From a virus (taxonomy: Duplodnaviria > Caudoviricetes), in the IMG/VR virus record IMGVR_UViG_3300025132_000031, positions 1 through 63,884 of that record: DNA of 63,884 nt. One strand, given 5' to 3'. Below are positions 25,814 through 35,029 of this stretch, piece after piece. Under the pieces are notes generated by a model that saw nothing but the letters and a program-made list of their open reading frames with translations, made no database searches and was not told the DNA's origin. Made by a program: the position numbers and the translations under genes. The stretch's first letter is position 1. Each line of letters starts with the position of its first letter.

Positions 25814-26306
25814 CAAAGAGGTTGAAGATTTCCTAGCTAGACAACGTCGAGCTCAAGAAGATTCTGAATGGAAAACTTCTACTGGAGTAAAAGAAACAAT
25901 AGCTAAAGCAGAAAGACTTCAAAAGAAAATAGCAAAGCAAAAAGAAGCTGCTAAAAGGAAACCAAGGAAACTTCCCTTCGGAGATGCTTGGGCCAACAGA
26001 TTCAGAGAACAACTATTAGGCAGGACAATAACTGCTGTTAAATATTTAAGTGCTGAAGAATGCGGTCCATGGGAGAATTCCACTTTAGCTCTAAGACTAT
26101 CAATAGGTTCGACACCTAATCCCTATAAAGATATATGGGCTATTGCATCTCAAGATGATGAACAAAATGATGCTGGAGTTATGACCTTCTGCACTGTCGT
26201 TGAACCTGACAAATATAAGGGAGGAGAATTAGAAGAACTTGCTCCCAATATCTACAAGCACGAATTAAATAAGACTGATCATTGGATGAACGAGAAAAAG
26301 AAATGA
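25779..26306 (+). CDS. Hypothetical phage protein (SQDDEQNDAG motif)
   Basis: ORF track; ATG 25779 preferred. Confidence 0.7.
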   Translation: MNNEASLEPLNDKEVEDFLARQRRAQEDSEWKTSTGVKETIAKAERLQKKIAKQKEAAKRKPRKLPFGDAWANRFREQLLGRTITAVKYLSAEECGPWENSTLALRLSIGSTPNPYKDIWAIASQDDEQNDAGVMTFCTVVEPDKYKGGELEELAPNIYKHELNKTDHWMNEKKK

Positions 26307-26357
26307 ACAACTTAGTCAGAGCATTCATGGAATCCATCTCTATCGTTACTATCATCT

Positions 26358-26564
26358 ATGTCATTTTCTCCTGAATTAAAAATCGGAAACATGGAGTGTC
26401 TCAGGTATTGGGCACTCCTAAAAGACACAGAAAATCTAGACCAAGCTGCTAAAGCTGCAACTGATCTAGATAAACTGGCTGGGTTATACGGAACTAAAAG
26501 ACATTCAATTAAAGAATGGACTTTCATGCTGGAAGCCACACTCCTCAATAAGAATATGATCTAG
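26358..26564 (+). CDS. Hypothetical protein
   Basis: ORF track. Confidence 0.5.
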   Translation: MSFSPELKIGNMECLRYWALLKDTENLDQAAKAATDLDKLAGLYGTKRHSIKEWTFMLEATLLNKNMI

Positions 26565-26662
26565 CAAACGCAAAGAGGTCTGGACTTAGCCATGGAAAGC
26601 TGTGCGTCATGTAGACGCTGCAGCCTCCGCATCCTGTTACGGATAAGAAGTAAGTTGTTCAT
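26561..26662 (-). CDS. 33-aa peptide MNNLLLIRNRMRRLQRLHDAQLSMAK..., resembling the N-terminal half of DUF4278-type cyanophage peptides
   Basis: Manual translation; LHDAQ motif. Confidence 0.5.
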   Translation of the reverse strand: MNNLLLIRNRMRRLQRLHDAQLSMAKSRPLCVC

Positions 26663-26669
26663 GCTACAC

Positions 26670-26762
26670 CTATGCGTAAACTACTTTTCTTACTGGCTTC
26701 AAAAAGCTAACTCCTCTGTAAGTTAGCTTGACACTAGGTGCCTTCACTGCTGTTTTAGTCAT
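26670..26762 (-). CDS. 30-aa DUF4278-like peptide (KLTYRGVSF)
   Basis: Manual translation; GGAG SD 7 nt upstream. Confidence 0.65.
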   Translation of the reverse strand: MTKTAVKAPSVKLTYRGVSFLKPVRKVVYA

Positions 26763-26834
26763 GGATCAACTCCACTAGTCAGTGCCCCCGTCGTATGACA
26801 CTGGGTGGGTGCAACCTCTCATAAAGGTCCGACG

Positions 26835-26888
26835 ATTATATCTATATCCTAACAAACTGTATCAACAGATACTGTATCACACTGATAC
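26835..26888 (-). promoter_or_regulatory. TATAAT -10 box with upstream NtcA-like GTA-N8-TAC site and a second GTA-N9-TAC
   Basis: attata at 26835-26840; GTAtcaacagaTAC at 26859-26872. Confidence 0.55.
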
Positions 26889-26901
26889 CATTTTATGATT
26901 C

Positions 26902-27204
26902 TTAATCTTCTATAAAGTTTGGTATCGGTACAGGTACAGGCTCTATCTCTTTGTAGATAGGTGGTCCGTATACAGAAGGCGGGGGTATAGGAAGAAACCT
27001 AGGTCGAGGAGCCAACTTCTCGAACCCTTTATATAAGGTGTAGTCAGAGCGATTAATAGATTGTGCTATATCATCCAAGCTCTCACTTAGTCGACGGTAT
27101 CCGCCAGCAATTGCCATTTGTCCTACGACAACAGCAAGAGTGGCGGCTCCCCAAAAGACGTAGTAAGCCCTGGACTTTACTTGTTTATACTCGTACTCGT
27201 CCAT
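26902..27204 (-). CDS. Cyanophage-type small membrane protein (YYVFWGAATLAVVVGQ)
   Basis: One TM segment, Pro-rich tail. Confidence 0.65.
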   Translation of the reverse strand: MDEYEYKQVKSRAYYVFWGAATLAVVVGQMAIAGGYRRLSESLDDIAQSINRSDYTLYKGFEKLAPRPRFLPIPPPSVYGPPIYKEIEPVPVPIPNFIED

Positions 27205-27272
27205 AAAAACCCCATAGATATACCACACTCTAAAACCTACCCCGATAATATCAACTTGATAGAAGAGATGTA

Positions 27273-27301
27273 TTGCATCCCTATATCAAGAGATATAAGA
27301 T
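27273..27301 (+). promoter_or_regulatory. Sigma70-type promoter TTGCAT-N17-TAAGAT
   Basis: Sequence match; similar copy at 28180. Confidence 0.6.
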
Positions 27302-27322
27302 AATAACCCAGAGGGAAACAAA

Positions 27323-27553
27323 ATGATTAGGAAGCGAGCAGTTCTCATCAACTACTTAACTCACGAAGTTCTAGATCCAAACTACCAGCCCTTACTTACC
27401 TCAAGGGAATTAACAGAAGGCAACAAGAACTTAGAGAGACGTCGTATGATGTGGCGCTTGCGTTGGTTAAATAAAGTTATTAACATCTCAGGCAAAGCCG
27501 AACAAACAGAAAATGCTCAACTGCAATTCAGCGCTCCTAGCCATTGCGTCTGA
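27323..27553 (+). CDS. Hypothetical protein
   Basis: GAGGG SD after promoter. Confidence 0.6.
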   Translation: MIRKRAVLINYLTHEVLDPNYQPLLTSRELTEGNKNLERRRMMWRLRWLNKVINISGKAEQTENAQLQFSAPSHCV

Positions 27554-28172
27554 GTTCGTAGGCAGATACTCTCCATATCAATCAATTCAAATATCCCCTG
27601 CGTCTTACTACGGAGGGGTTTATTTTGCTTCGACTGATGGTGGAAAAATATCTTGCCTCGCTTATGACCCAAGTGGTTCAATGGATGACTACATCACCTT
27701 GCTACCTAATAGCGAACTAATCAAAGCATCGAGAGGAGTGAAGACTGCATCTCGAACACTCTCTATAGAGACTGATTCTAAAGTCGCATTAGTAACAACC
27801 CATAGGAAAACAACATCCGAATCCAAAGAGATTCCAGTCACATACAGCTCAGTTGAGTTTCCTGATTTAGCAGGTGCTTTAAAAGACTGTATTAAAAGAT
27901 GGAAAGTAGCGTCGTCTGCCACCGCAGGTAGGTACGACATCAACTACGTACAAAGAGCTATCAAGAGCTTGAGTTCCATCAATTCATCGGTAACCTTACA
28001 TTCCTTCGACGGTGGTCCAATGAGGATACAAGAGGAGACAGGAAACATTGTGATTTTAGTAATGCCTCAAACGGCAGAACCTATTCCACCTATTCCAGAT
28101 TGGTTGAAAGCTTACTCTCAAGACAAGATGGCACGAGGGTTTTATGACCCCGACACCCCACCTGTGGTGTAA
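27513..28172 (+). CDS. Sliding-clamp (DnaN)-like protein, about two domains
   Basis: FASTDGG, EFPDL, LVMP motifs. Confidence 0.55.
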   Translation: MLNCNSALLAIASEFVGRYSPYQSIQISPASYYGGVYFASTDGGKISCLAYDPSGSMDDYITLLPNSELIKASRGVKTASRTLSIETDSKVALVTTHRKTTSESKEIPVTYSSVEFPDLAGALKDCIKRWKVASSATAGRYDINYVQRAIKSLSSINSSVTLHSFDGGPMRIQEETGNIVILVMPQTAEPIPPIPDWLKAYSQDKMARGFYDPDTPPVV

Positions 28173-28179
28173 CAAATAC

Positions 28180-28207
28180 TTGCATCCCCTATATGCAGCG
28201 TTAAGCT
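28180..28207 (+). promoter_or_regulatory. Sigma70-type promoter TTGCAT-N16-TAAGCT
   Basis: Sequence match. Confidence 0.55.
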
Positions 28208-28231
28208 GAGTTGCCCTTATAAGCAAATAGA

Positions 28232-28915
28232 TTGTCTACTGCAATCCTTACTGTTGCTATAGGTTCGACCCCAACTCAGGTGGTGGTCAACGGTCAAGAG
28301 TATCTTGAAGCTCCTGCCGTTGCCAGCACTCCTGAACCACTGCCAGTCATCCTTAGAGCAAGAGCCACTACTAACACAGGTCCCGCCTCCAGATTTCAAT
28401 CCAAGAAACAAGACGATTTAGTTCTTGTTACTGGTGCGTTATCTCTGGGTCCCAAAGACTCAGACCACGATGGGTATCCCGTCATCACAATGACTTCTAT
28501 CTGCGATGCAACCAAAGATCAATTCATCAACGAAGCGATGTTTGTTGGACGTTTTTCAAAGGATGGAAAACCAGCAGAGAAGAGCGCTAGTCGTAGCGTT
28601 GCCGTCAACAGGTATGTTGCAGGTAATCAAGTTACAGACTGGTACCGAATAAGAGGATACGGTAATTGGAAAGAACGAATCCTTGACTATCCAAAAGGAA
28701 GTCTTGCAGAAGTTCTTGGAATGCTTACTCCTGCTAAAGACGGTAAAGGAAAACTTTACACCGAAGTTAAATGCAGACGTATTCGTATCCACGAAAGAAC
28801 AAAAGGTGGTGGAGCTAACCCCGCTAAAGACACTACCGCATCAGGCTACGAACCTTCTGCTTTTCTAGGAGAAGACGAAGCTGGTGACATGCCAACATCT
28901 AACACTTGGAACTAA
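28232..28915 (+). CDS. SSB-like protein, two OB folds and acidic tail
   Basis: NEAMFVGR...SVAVNR...TDWYRIRGYG...KGSLAEVLGML. Confidence 0.7.
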   Translation: MSTAILTVAIGSTPTQVVVNGQEYLEAPAVASTPEPLPVILRARATTNTGPASRFQSKKQDDLVLVTGALSLGPKDSDHDGYPVITMTSICDATKDQFINEAMFVGRFSKDGKPAEKSASRSVAVNRYVAGNQVTDWYRIRGYGNWKERILDYPKGSLAEVLGMLTPAKDGKGKLYTEVKCRRIRIHERTKGGGANPAKDTTASGYEPSAFLGEDEAGDMPTSNTWN

Positions 28916-28917
28916 CT

Positions 28918-29664
28918 ATGGGATTCTTTCCTCCTGACCACAAGTTTGCTACTGATACAGCAAGTACCTTTACCCAAGAAGAAACAGATCGTTTCTATTC
29001 CCCAGGTAAACAACTAAAAGATGGTGACTCCCATGAAGTTATTGTTTGCGGTGGATTCGATACTGGTCACGTTATTAGTGGCTATAAGTATTTCAAACAT
29101 GATGGCCAACCACTGACCACTCCTTTTTCTGAGGGCTATCCCAAAGATTATAAGGATAATATTGGACTCAACTTTGAGGCTAAATTCAAACGGAATGTGG
29201 AATACGGCAAACACACAGAAGATGACCTTGATAAACCTAAGCAGATCCTTAGCTTCATTGGTTATATCAAGGAGAAGAAAGACTTCGCCATCATCGAGTT
29301 CAGCACTCGTGGATTAAGAACTTCATTAGAAGAAATCCTTTCGATGGATTCTTATGAAGCTAATGAAGATGGTGTCTATAACTTCATGATGAAACTAGCT
29401 CGTAAAGGAGCTGGTACCGATACTGTTTATACTTTGACACCTGCTCCCCTCAAAGCTCCAGTCAGAAATGCTGTCGCTAAGAAATGGAAAGAGATCAAAG
29501 ATAAATGGTACCTCCCAGCTCTCTATGACAATGCTGATCCTTTTGCAGGGAAACCAGCAGAAGCAAAAACAAGAGGATTGCCACCTACTCATAGAGATGA
29601 GCTAGGAGCAGACCACGAAATATCATCTACTAATTCTGAAGAAATTGGGGGTGATTGGGTCTGA
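28918..29664 (+). CDS. Putative ssDNA-binding/recombination protein
   Basis: KLARKGAGTDTVYTLTPAP, DPF motif, acidic tail; replication context. Confidence 0.5.
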   Translation: MGFFPPDHKFATDTASTFTQEETDRFYSPGKQLKDGDSHEVIVCGGFDTGHVISGYKYFKHDGQPLTTPFSEGYPKDYKDNIGLNFEAKFKRNVEYGKHTEDDLDKPKQILSFIGYIKEKKDFAIIEFSTRGLRTSLEEILSMDSYEANEDGVYNFMMKLARKGAGTDTVYTLTPAPLKAPVRNAVAKKWKEIKDKWYLPALYDNADPFAGKPAEAKTRGLPPTHRDELGADHEISSTNSEEIGGDWV

Positions 29665-29740
29665 TGCAAGGATTTATTGTTCTCTTTTGTGTGATCATTC
29701 TGATCTACATACTCCTTCGTAACATCCATCTCAATTATTG

Positions 29741-29992
29741 ATGGATGAGTCTATAGCTCTTATGTCTCTCCGCAGGGCAACCTGCGGTAGGGATGTAAAA
29801 AATATCATTGAGCAATACGGTCAAGCAGAATGTAATAAAGCTTGGAAGCAACTGAGTCCTCTCGAGAGAGCTTCGTTGCAATTAGCTAATGCCTTTAACG
29901 GAGCAATTATCCATGACTATGAAGAACGAGGAAGGGAAGAATCAATACCAAATGATGTCAGAACTCCTCGACCACCTAAAAATGAATGGTGA
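29741..29992 (+). CDS. Hypothetical protein
   Basis: ORF track. Confidence 0.5.
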   Translation: MDESIALMSLRRATCGRDVKNIIEQYGQAECNKAWKQLSPLERASLQLANAFNGAIIHDYEERGREESIPNDVRTPRPPKNEW

Positions 29993-30302
29993 GTATTTAA
30001 GTATCATGTCTAAGCAATTAGAAGATATTAAATACTTACTTAACGGTTTCACCTCTGGAGGAGCCAGTCTCAATGGCTACCTCCCCGACTCTTCGATGCT
30101 TGCCTACCTTAGTCTTATAGGTCCAGCTCTCGCAAGACATCTAGATAAAACAATAGGACTAGAAGAAATCCTTAAAGGAGGAGTTCATTTATCTAGTCGC
30201 ATGGTAGAAGAATATGCAGCTTACCAATCTGAAAGACAACCCTTAGATAATCTCAAGAACTCATTAGAGTTTCTCGAACATAAGGAAGGTAAAGCTGATT
30301 AA
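29913..30302 (+). CDS. Hypothetical protein
   Basis: ORF track; GGAG upstream of ATG 29913. Confidence 0.6.
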   Translation: MTMKNEEGKNQYQMMSELLDHLKMNGEYLSIMSKQLEDIKYLLNGFTSGGASLNGYLPDSSMLAYLSLIGPALARHLDKTIGLEEILKGGVHLSSRMVEEYAAYQSERQPLDNLKNSLEFLEHKEGKAD

Positions 30303-30307
30303 AGATA

Positions 30308-30531
30308 GGGCGTCTGTCTGGTCGCTTGCATGACGATTTAATTATCCTGCCTTCACTGGAGAAAGTAACTACTCGGACTATGTGGTTGGTTCTAACAAGA
30401 CTGTAATCTTGTTTCTTTCAATGGTGACTGAGAATCGTAGGTGTCCGTCGAGACCAGCTAGTAGATCCAAACGGGTGCAAGTCCGATTCATAGGGCTAGC
30501 TGACAAGGATAATAAGACAGTGTAAGTCCCC
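30308..30531 (+). ncRNA. Candidate ~220-nt multi-stem structured RNA
   Basis: ctgtct/agacag, attatcct/aggataat, aacaaga/tcttgtt and cagctag/ctagctg pairings; T-loop-like GGGTGCAAGTCC. Confidence 0.55.
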
Positions 30532-30598
30532 CTCTTTTGTCGCAAATAGTTACAAACTGAAATTAATCGTTACATTAATAATAGTTATGTAACAATTA

Positions 30599-31447
30599 AT
30601 GACTAAGCCAACTCGTTTTGAGATTAATGGTGAACGTCATTATGCAACAGATAAAGCAGATAAAGCCTACCCTTCAGTAACAACAATCCTAGGTAAGACC
30701 TCTTCCGACAGAAGCAAGAAAGCTCTTCTTAATTGGCAAGCTAAAAACCCAAATGGTGCAAAGCTCGCAGCCGAAAGAGGGTCAGCGGTACACCAAGCGT
30801 GCGAGGATTATATTCGAGGGAAAGAAATAAAAATAAAAGAAGAATACCTACCATTTTGGAATGGGATGAGTAAACACCTAGATAAATACGATGAATTTAT
30901 CTGGAGTGAAATGCCACTCAGACCTGAATGGAATTTCTGTACAGGAGAAGATGGAATTAGCAGAGTATGGAGTCACAAATATATGTACTGTGGCTGCCCT
31001 GACTTACTAGGAATTCGCAACGACACTGTAATTATTGGGGACTTTAAAACCTCTAACCAACCCTATTGTCGCTATTACCCAACGGGAAAAGACAATAGAT
31101 CTCTCTTCACTGGTTGGAACAAATTCAATAAGTGTGCGATGCAATTAGCAGCTTATGCTCAAGCCTGTAAAGAAACTCTAGGCGTCAACGTTAGCTGTGC
31201 CGAGATCATTGTTTCTACACCAGAGATTGATCAAAGCTTTATCTTAAATGCCAACGAACTTAACAAGTTCCAAACCAAATGGCTCCAGAAAGTTCGTCGC
31301 TATCAAGAGATAAAGGAGGAAGAAAAGGAAGCCAAACATATTCTGAAAGAATTGAAAGAATCAAAAGATATGGGGGATCAATTGCCCAGTAGTGATGTAA
31401 GCACCGAGGCCAGCAACAAATCCAATCATTGCAAGGCGACCGTTTAA
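30599..31447 (+). CDS. PD-(D/E)XK exonuclease
   Basis: YPSVTTIL, RGSAVH, GCPDL, DFKTS, QLAAYA. Confidence 0.9.
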   Translation: MTKPTRFEINGERHYATDKADKAYPSVTTILGKTSSDRSKKALLNWQAKNPNGAKLAAERGSAVHQACEDYIRGKEIKIKEEYLPFWNGMSKHLDKYDEFIWSEMPLRPEWNFCTGEDGISRVWSHKYMYCGCPDLLGIRNDTVIIGDFKTSNQPYCRYYPTGKDNRSLFTGWNKFNKCAMQLAAYAQACKETLGVNVSCAEIIVSTPEIDQSFILNANELNKFQTKWLQKVRRYQEIKEEEKEAKHILKELKESKDMGDQLPSSDVSTEASNKSNHCKATV

Positions 31448-31558
31448 CATCTCTGCTTCCTTGACATATCCTTTGTAATCCTCAACCAATTGAGGCTGAG
31501 TCTCTCTGCCAAAGATGTTTTGCTTACCGTATTCAGTTACAACAGTAGAAGAAGACAT
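31361..31558 (-). CDS. hli: High-light-inducible protein (65 aa)
   Basis: AEMLNGRLAMIGF...TTGQLIP; true start 31558. Confidence 0.95.
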   Translation of the reverse strand: MSSSTVVTEYGKQNIFGRETQPQLVEDYKGYVKEAEMLNGRLAMIGFVAGLGAYITTGQLIPHIF

Positions 31559-31665
31559 TAGAAAACTCCTGGGATAATCTGGCCAGTTGTGACATATGCT
31601 CCGAAAGCTGCAACGATACCAAGCATTGCTGCCCAACCGTTAAACTTTTCTGCTTCAGGTGTCAT
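31558..31665 (-). CDS. hli: High-light-inducible protein (35 aa)
   Basis: Manual translation MTPEAEKFNGWAAMLGIVAAFGAYVTTGQIIPGVF*; TAATG coupling. Confidence 0.95.
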   Translation of the reverse strand: MTPEAEKFNGWAAMLGIVAAFGAYVTTGQIIPGVF

Positions 31666-31752
31666 CAAATCTAAAGGAAATATTACAGACTAAGTATAGC
31701 TGCTAGGTATTATTACTTATTCTTATACCGTCCATCAAAGATTGTAATAGAG

Positions 31753-31787
31753 AAAAAACCCCCTAGGAAATGCAGAAACCTAGAGGG
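31753..31787 (-). terminator. Intrinsic terminator
   Basis: ccctctagg/cctaggggg stem plus T tract on minus strand. Confidence 0.6.
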
Positions 31788-31815
31788 CATTGGTATCCCA
31801 TTTACCTTGAGAATC

Positions 31816-32403
31816 TTAGCAGTCGTGATACCACTCTGCCAAGTTTTCTCCTACCTCAGTCCCTTTCTTAGCTCCGAAAGCAGTAGCAAAGCCAGATGCA
31901 ACCCAACCGATAATAGGTATGGAAGAAACGGAAGGAGCGATATACTCAGTAGCTGCCGCAGCGCCAACCGCAGCCCCAACTCCGGCTCCGGCTCCAGCCT
32001 TTTTGAGGCAGGCGATTTGCTTTTCTGTAAGCTTGCCGTCTCCTCCTGCTTGAGATTGAAAGATACCTGGTCCTATCAAATGCTGGTGACCCTCCATCGT
32101 GTATTGCTCGAGCTGATAAATCTTCTTCTCCTTCTTACCACCAAACAATCCGCCTTGAGGTACAACAATATCCTTACGCATCTCCATCACCTTCGGATCA
32201 TTCATCCTATGTGTTATGCGATAGCCATCTTTACTTGCATCAATCGTGTACTGACTATATTGTCCTACAGGAAGATCGAACTTAGGTAGTCCACCTTCTT
32301 TGTTTGCGATGAGACTAATCATCCACAAGTGAGACAAACCAAATGTTCCTCCCACTAAAATAATGATTGTCTTCTGCAACCAATTATTATTCGTCAGCAC
32401 CAT
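31816..32403 (-). CDS. Cyanophage-type membrane protein with glycine zipper
   Basis: N-terminal TM; CLKKAGAGAGVGAAVG...IPIIGWV. Confidence 0.7.
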   Translation of the reverse strand: MVLTNNNWLQKTIIILVGGTFGLSHLWMISLIANKEGGLPKFDLPVGQYSQYTIDASKDGYRITHRMNDPKVMEMRKDIVVPQGGLFGGKKEKKIYQLEQYTMEGHQHLIGPGIFQSQAGGDGKLTEKQIACLKKAGAGAGVGAAVGAAAATEYIAPSVSSIPIIGWVASGFATAFGAKKGTEVGENLAEWYHDC

Positions 32404-32479
32404 AATCGAAAGCCCTTTGAATAGATTTTAGAATAAGAAAGCAGGATTGCAATCTCTCAAATATTAGGCATACTTTCTT

Positions 32480-32695
32480 ATGCAGCTATTTAAGTGTGAA
32501 CCCGAAGTGCAGGAAACCCCGAAACTCATATTAACGACACCTCTAGGTGGCACTGTTCATACCTATCCAATCACTGGAGGCAAGACCACATTCGTCAGAC
32601 ACTTAGCTTGTTATTTAGGCTCTTGTAGATTTTGCAATGATTTAGAAGAAGCGACTCATCATCTCAACGAAATAGAACCAAATGTATCAGATTGA
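32480..32695 (+). CDS. Hypothetical protein
   Basis: Upstream TTGCAA-N16-CATACT; coupled to primase. Confidence 0.6.
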   Translation: MQLFKCEPEVQETPKLILTTPLGGTVHTYPITGGKTTFVRHLACYLGSCRFCNDLEEATHHLNEIEPNVSD

Positions 32696-35027
32696 ATTCA
32701 GTGTTCATCCCACACTGAAAGACAAGCCCAAAACTTGGGCATCTTCTTTCGGGAAGAATTGGAACAGACAGAAAGGAACTCTCCAAGACTTGCGTGACCA
32801 CGTAGGACATGGAGGAGCTTTCATCCCCGCTGCCATGATTTCTGGCCATCGGAATAGTGCAGCCTTTGATCACTCAGACTTAGCTGTTGTAGATATAGAT
32901 AATGGTCTCACCTTGGACGCATTCCGAGACCATCCTCTTGCTCAAGTAGCAGCATGGGTATATACTTCTGCGAGTCACAATCCAACCGAAGGCAAGCATC
33001 GCTTCAGAGTGATTTTCCTCTTGCCTCAAAGAGTATCAGACGGAGAGCTATACCAATCAATCACGGGACTACTGATTAAGTCACTGGGAGGTGACGCTAA
33101 TTGTTCTGACCGTTGCAGGATCTTCTACGGCAACAGTCGTGCGACACATCCTATTTGGCAACCAAAAGCAGTACTTCCTAAATCTTTTCTAGAGGATGCA
33201 CAAAAAGCTGCAGCCCAAGAGAAGACAACTTACCATTCTCAATCAGCAGACGTAGATGAACATTCCATTAACCTTGCTGCTTACTGTCTCGAGCATATCT
33301 TGGAGCCAACCTCCGACGGAGAGAGAGACCACTTCTGTAACATCACCCGAGCAGCGAGCACCGGTGGAGATGCTTTGTTTTCCTATTGGTCCGACTGGGC
33401 ATCCAGAGGACATCACGGAAAAGGAAAGAACTCTTCCCAAACCTCAGAAAAGTTCTTCAGGGGATGGAGGGGTCGATCACTCGCCACAATCTTTTGGGCT
33501 GCCGATACCCAACAACCCGGTTGGAGGAAGTCATTACCTGCAGAACTAAAAGGAGAGTCAGGGTCTTTTAGGTTAGGCGTTCATGGTGATAGTTTCGCTG
33601 GTTATGATCACGAAGATTTTCTCGGAGAGAGAGAAGTCGTCGAACCAGTAGAACAATCTCAAGGTCTCTTCGACAAAGATAAACCTTGGACGCAGATAGC
33701 AGTGATCGAAAAGCCAGATGAGGAGACTGAACCGGCTGAAGTCGCCACCTTCGATTACGAAGATGTTCCTCCTCCTAGGCCAGCAAATAGAAGAGAAGGC
33801 GATAGCCAAGACTTAGTCGAAAGAATTAAAGATCTGCTCAACATTCAATACAACGGTCTAAGATTGAATTGTATGAGTCAACAGTTGGTCTACGGACCAA
33901 AGGATCGTCCTCGGGAGATTCACGATATATCACAGGCATATGTTTATATTTCCAGAGGACAAGGACAAGTCTTCCCAAAGACATTAGTATTTGATCTCGC
34001 TGGAGTTATTGGTTATGAAAACAGATTTCACCCTGTCAAAACGTATTTGGAGCATTGTGCTGCTAGCTCTGATCCTTGCCCCTATTTTGATCGAATAGCA
34101 TCAGAACTCTTAGGAGTTCCTAAAGATGATATTCAAAATCCAGTAATGCCAGATGGCAATCTCTTAGCAGATGTCATCATGAAAAGATTTCTTATTGGGG
34201 CAGTAGCAAGAGTGCTATCTCCTGGATGTCGCCATGACTGGATGCCGATTCTTATTGGCAACCAAAATTGCGGTAAGACCACCTTCTTTCAATACCTCAC
34301 TCCTCCCTCTGTGGAAGACCTTGGTACTTACCCTTGGGTTGTCACTATGCAACAAGGTATCGAATACCTCAAGGAAAAGCCTCACGCCTTGCATGCAGGA
34401 TTCATCGTGGTCATGGATGAGTTTGAACGCTACTGCAAACGAAAGTATTCAGAAGAACTCAAAAACTTAATCTCAGTATCAGTTGATAGGTCTGCAAGGA
34501 AGTATGAGAATGAGAAGTCTTATCCTCGTGCCTTCGTATTAGCAGGAGCAACAAATAATACAGACTTCCTTTGCGACCCAACTGGCAACCGTAGATTCAT
34601 GCCAATCATTGTCAAGGGCAAGGTTCCTTCTAAGGAGAATCCTGACCTCAAGATCATTGACTTAGATCGCTTAAAGAGAGATCGCAATTCGATCTGGGCT
34701 GCAGCTTATAAGGCTTATCTAGATAATCCAGTGCATGTGTTCTCCAGTTATGAGCTCAGCCATATCGCTGATTACCAAGACTCATTCACGAGAGATACTC
34801 CTATCGATGCTGTTGTCTCTAGGGCAGTAGAAGAGAATACTAGTGGCTACCACAATAACCGCAAGTACATATCACTTGCTGATCTATTTAGTTGGATCGA
34901 TATCAATGTTGCTCAACAAGGACAAATGAATATTCCTGTTACTGATTGCTTAAAAAGATTAGGTTATAAACCAAAAAGAATCAAAAGAAATAATAAAAGT
35001 CAACGAGTTTGGATAGAAGAAACCTGA
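32682..35027 (+). CDS. Primase (AEP/PriCT-like)-VapE helicase fusion
   Basis: VDID, YTSASH, RFRVIFLL; Walker A GNQNCGKTT, Walker B VVMDE, GATN, DPTGNRRF. Confidence 0.9.
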   Translation: MYQIEFSVHPTLKDKPKTWASSFGKNWNRQKGTLQDLRDHVGHGGAFIPAAMISGHRNSAAFDHSDLAVVDIDNGLTLDAFRDHPLAQVAAWVYTSASHNPTEGKHRFRVIFLLPQRVSDGELYQSITGLLIKSLGGDANCSDRCRIFYGNSRATHPIWQPKAVLPKSFLEDAQKAAAQEKTTYHSQSADVDEHSINLAAYCLEHILEPTSDGERDHFCNITRAASTGGDALFSYWSDWASRGHHGKGKNSSQTSEKFFRGWRGRSLATIFWAADTQQPGWRKSLPAELKGESGSFRLGVHGDSFAGYDHEDFLGEREVVEPVEQSQGLFDKDKPWTQIAVIEKPDEETEPAEVATFDYEDVPPPRPANRREGDSQDLVERIKDLLNIQYNGLRLNCMSQQLVYGPKDRPREIHDISQAYVYISRGQGQVFPKTLVFDLAGVIGYENRFHPVKTYLEHCAASSDPCPYFDRIASELLGVPKDDIQNPVMPDGNLLADVIMKRFLIGAVARVLSPGCRHDWMPILIGNQNCGKTTFFQYLTPPSVEDLGTYPWVVTMQQGIEYLKEKPHALHAGFIVVMDEFERYCKRKYSEELKNLISVSVDRSARKYENEKSYPRAFVLAGATNNTDFLCDPTGNRRFMPIIVKGKVPSKENPDLKIIDLDRLKRDRNSIWAAAYKAYLDNPVHVFSSYELSHIADYQDSFTRDTPIDAVVSRAVEENTSGYHNNRKYISLADLFSWIDINVAQQGQMNIPVTDCLKRLGYKPKRIKRNNKSQRVWIEET

Positions 35028-35029
35028 GA

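Noticed and set aside
26739-30358. Shared 11-mer TGCCTTCACTG at 26739 and 30348
   Set aside because: A single 11-mer match is expected by chance in 64 kb, and one copy lies in a small ORF
30394-30484. tRNA-Tyr (CTGTAA loop, T-loop-like GGTGCAAGTCC)
   Set aside because: The loop is 6 nt, arm spacing is wrong and there is no acceptor stem
31559-31636. N-terminal extension of the 91-aa hli ORF
   Set aside because: The region is a second 35-aa hli in another frame, coupled by TAATG
31807-32289. 160-aa plus-strand ORF
   Set aside because: Antisense to a well-formed membrane protein gene; no motifs
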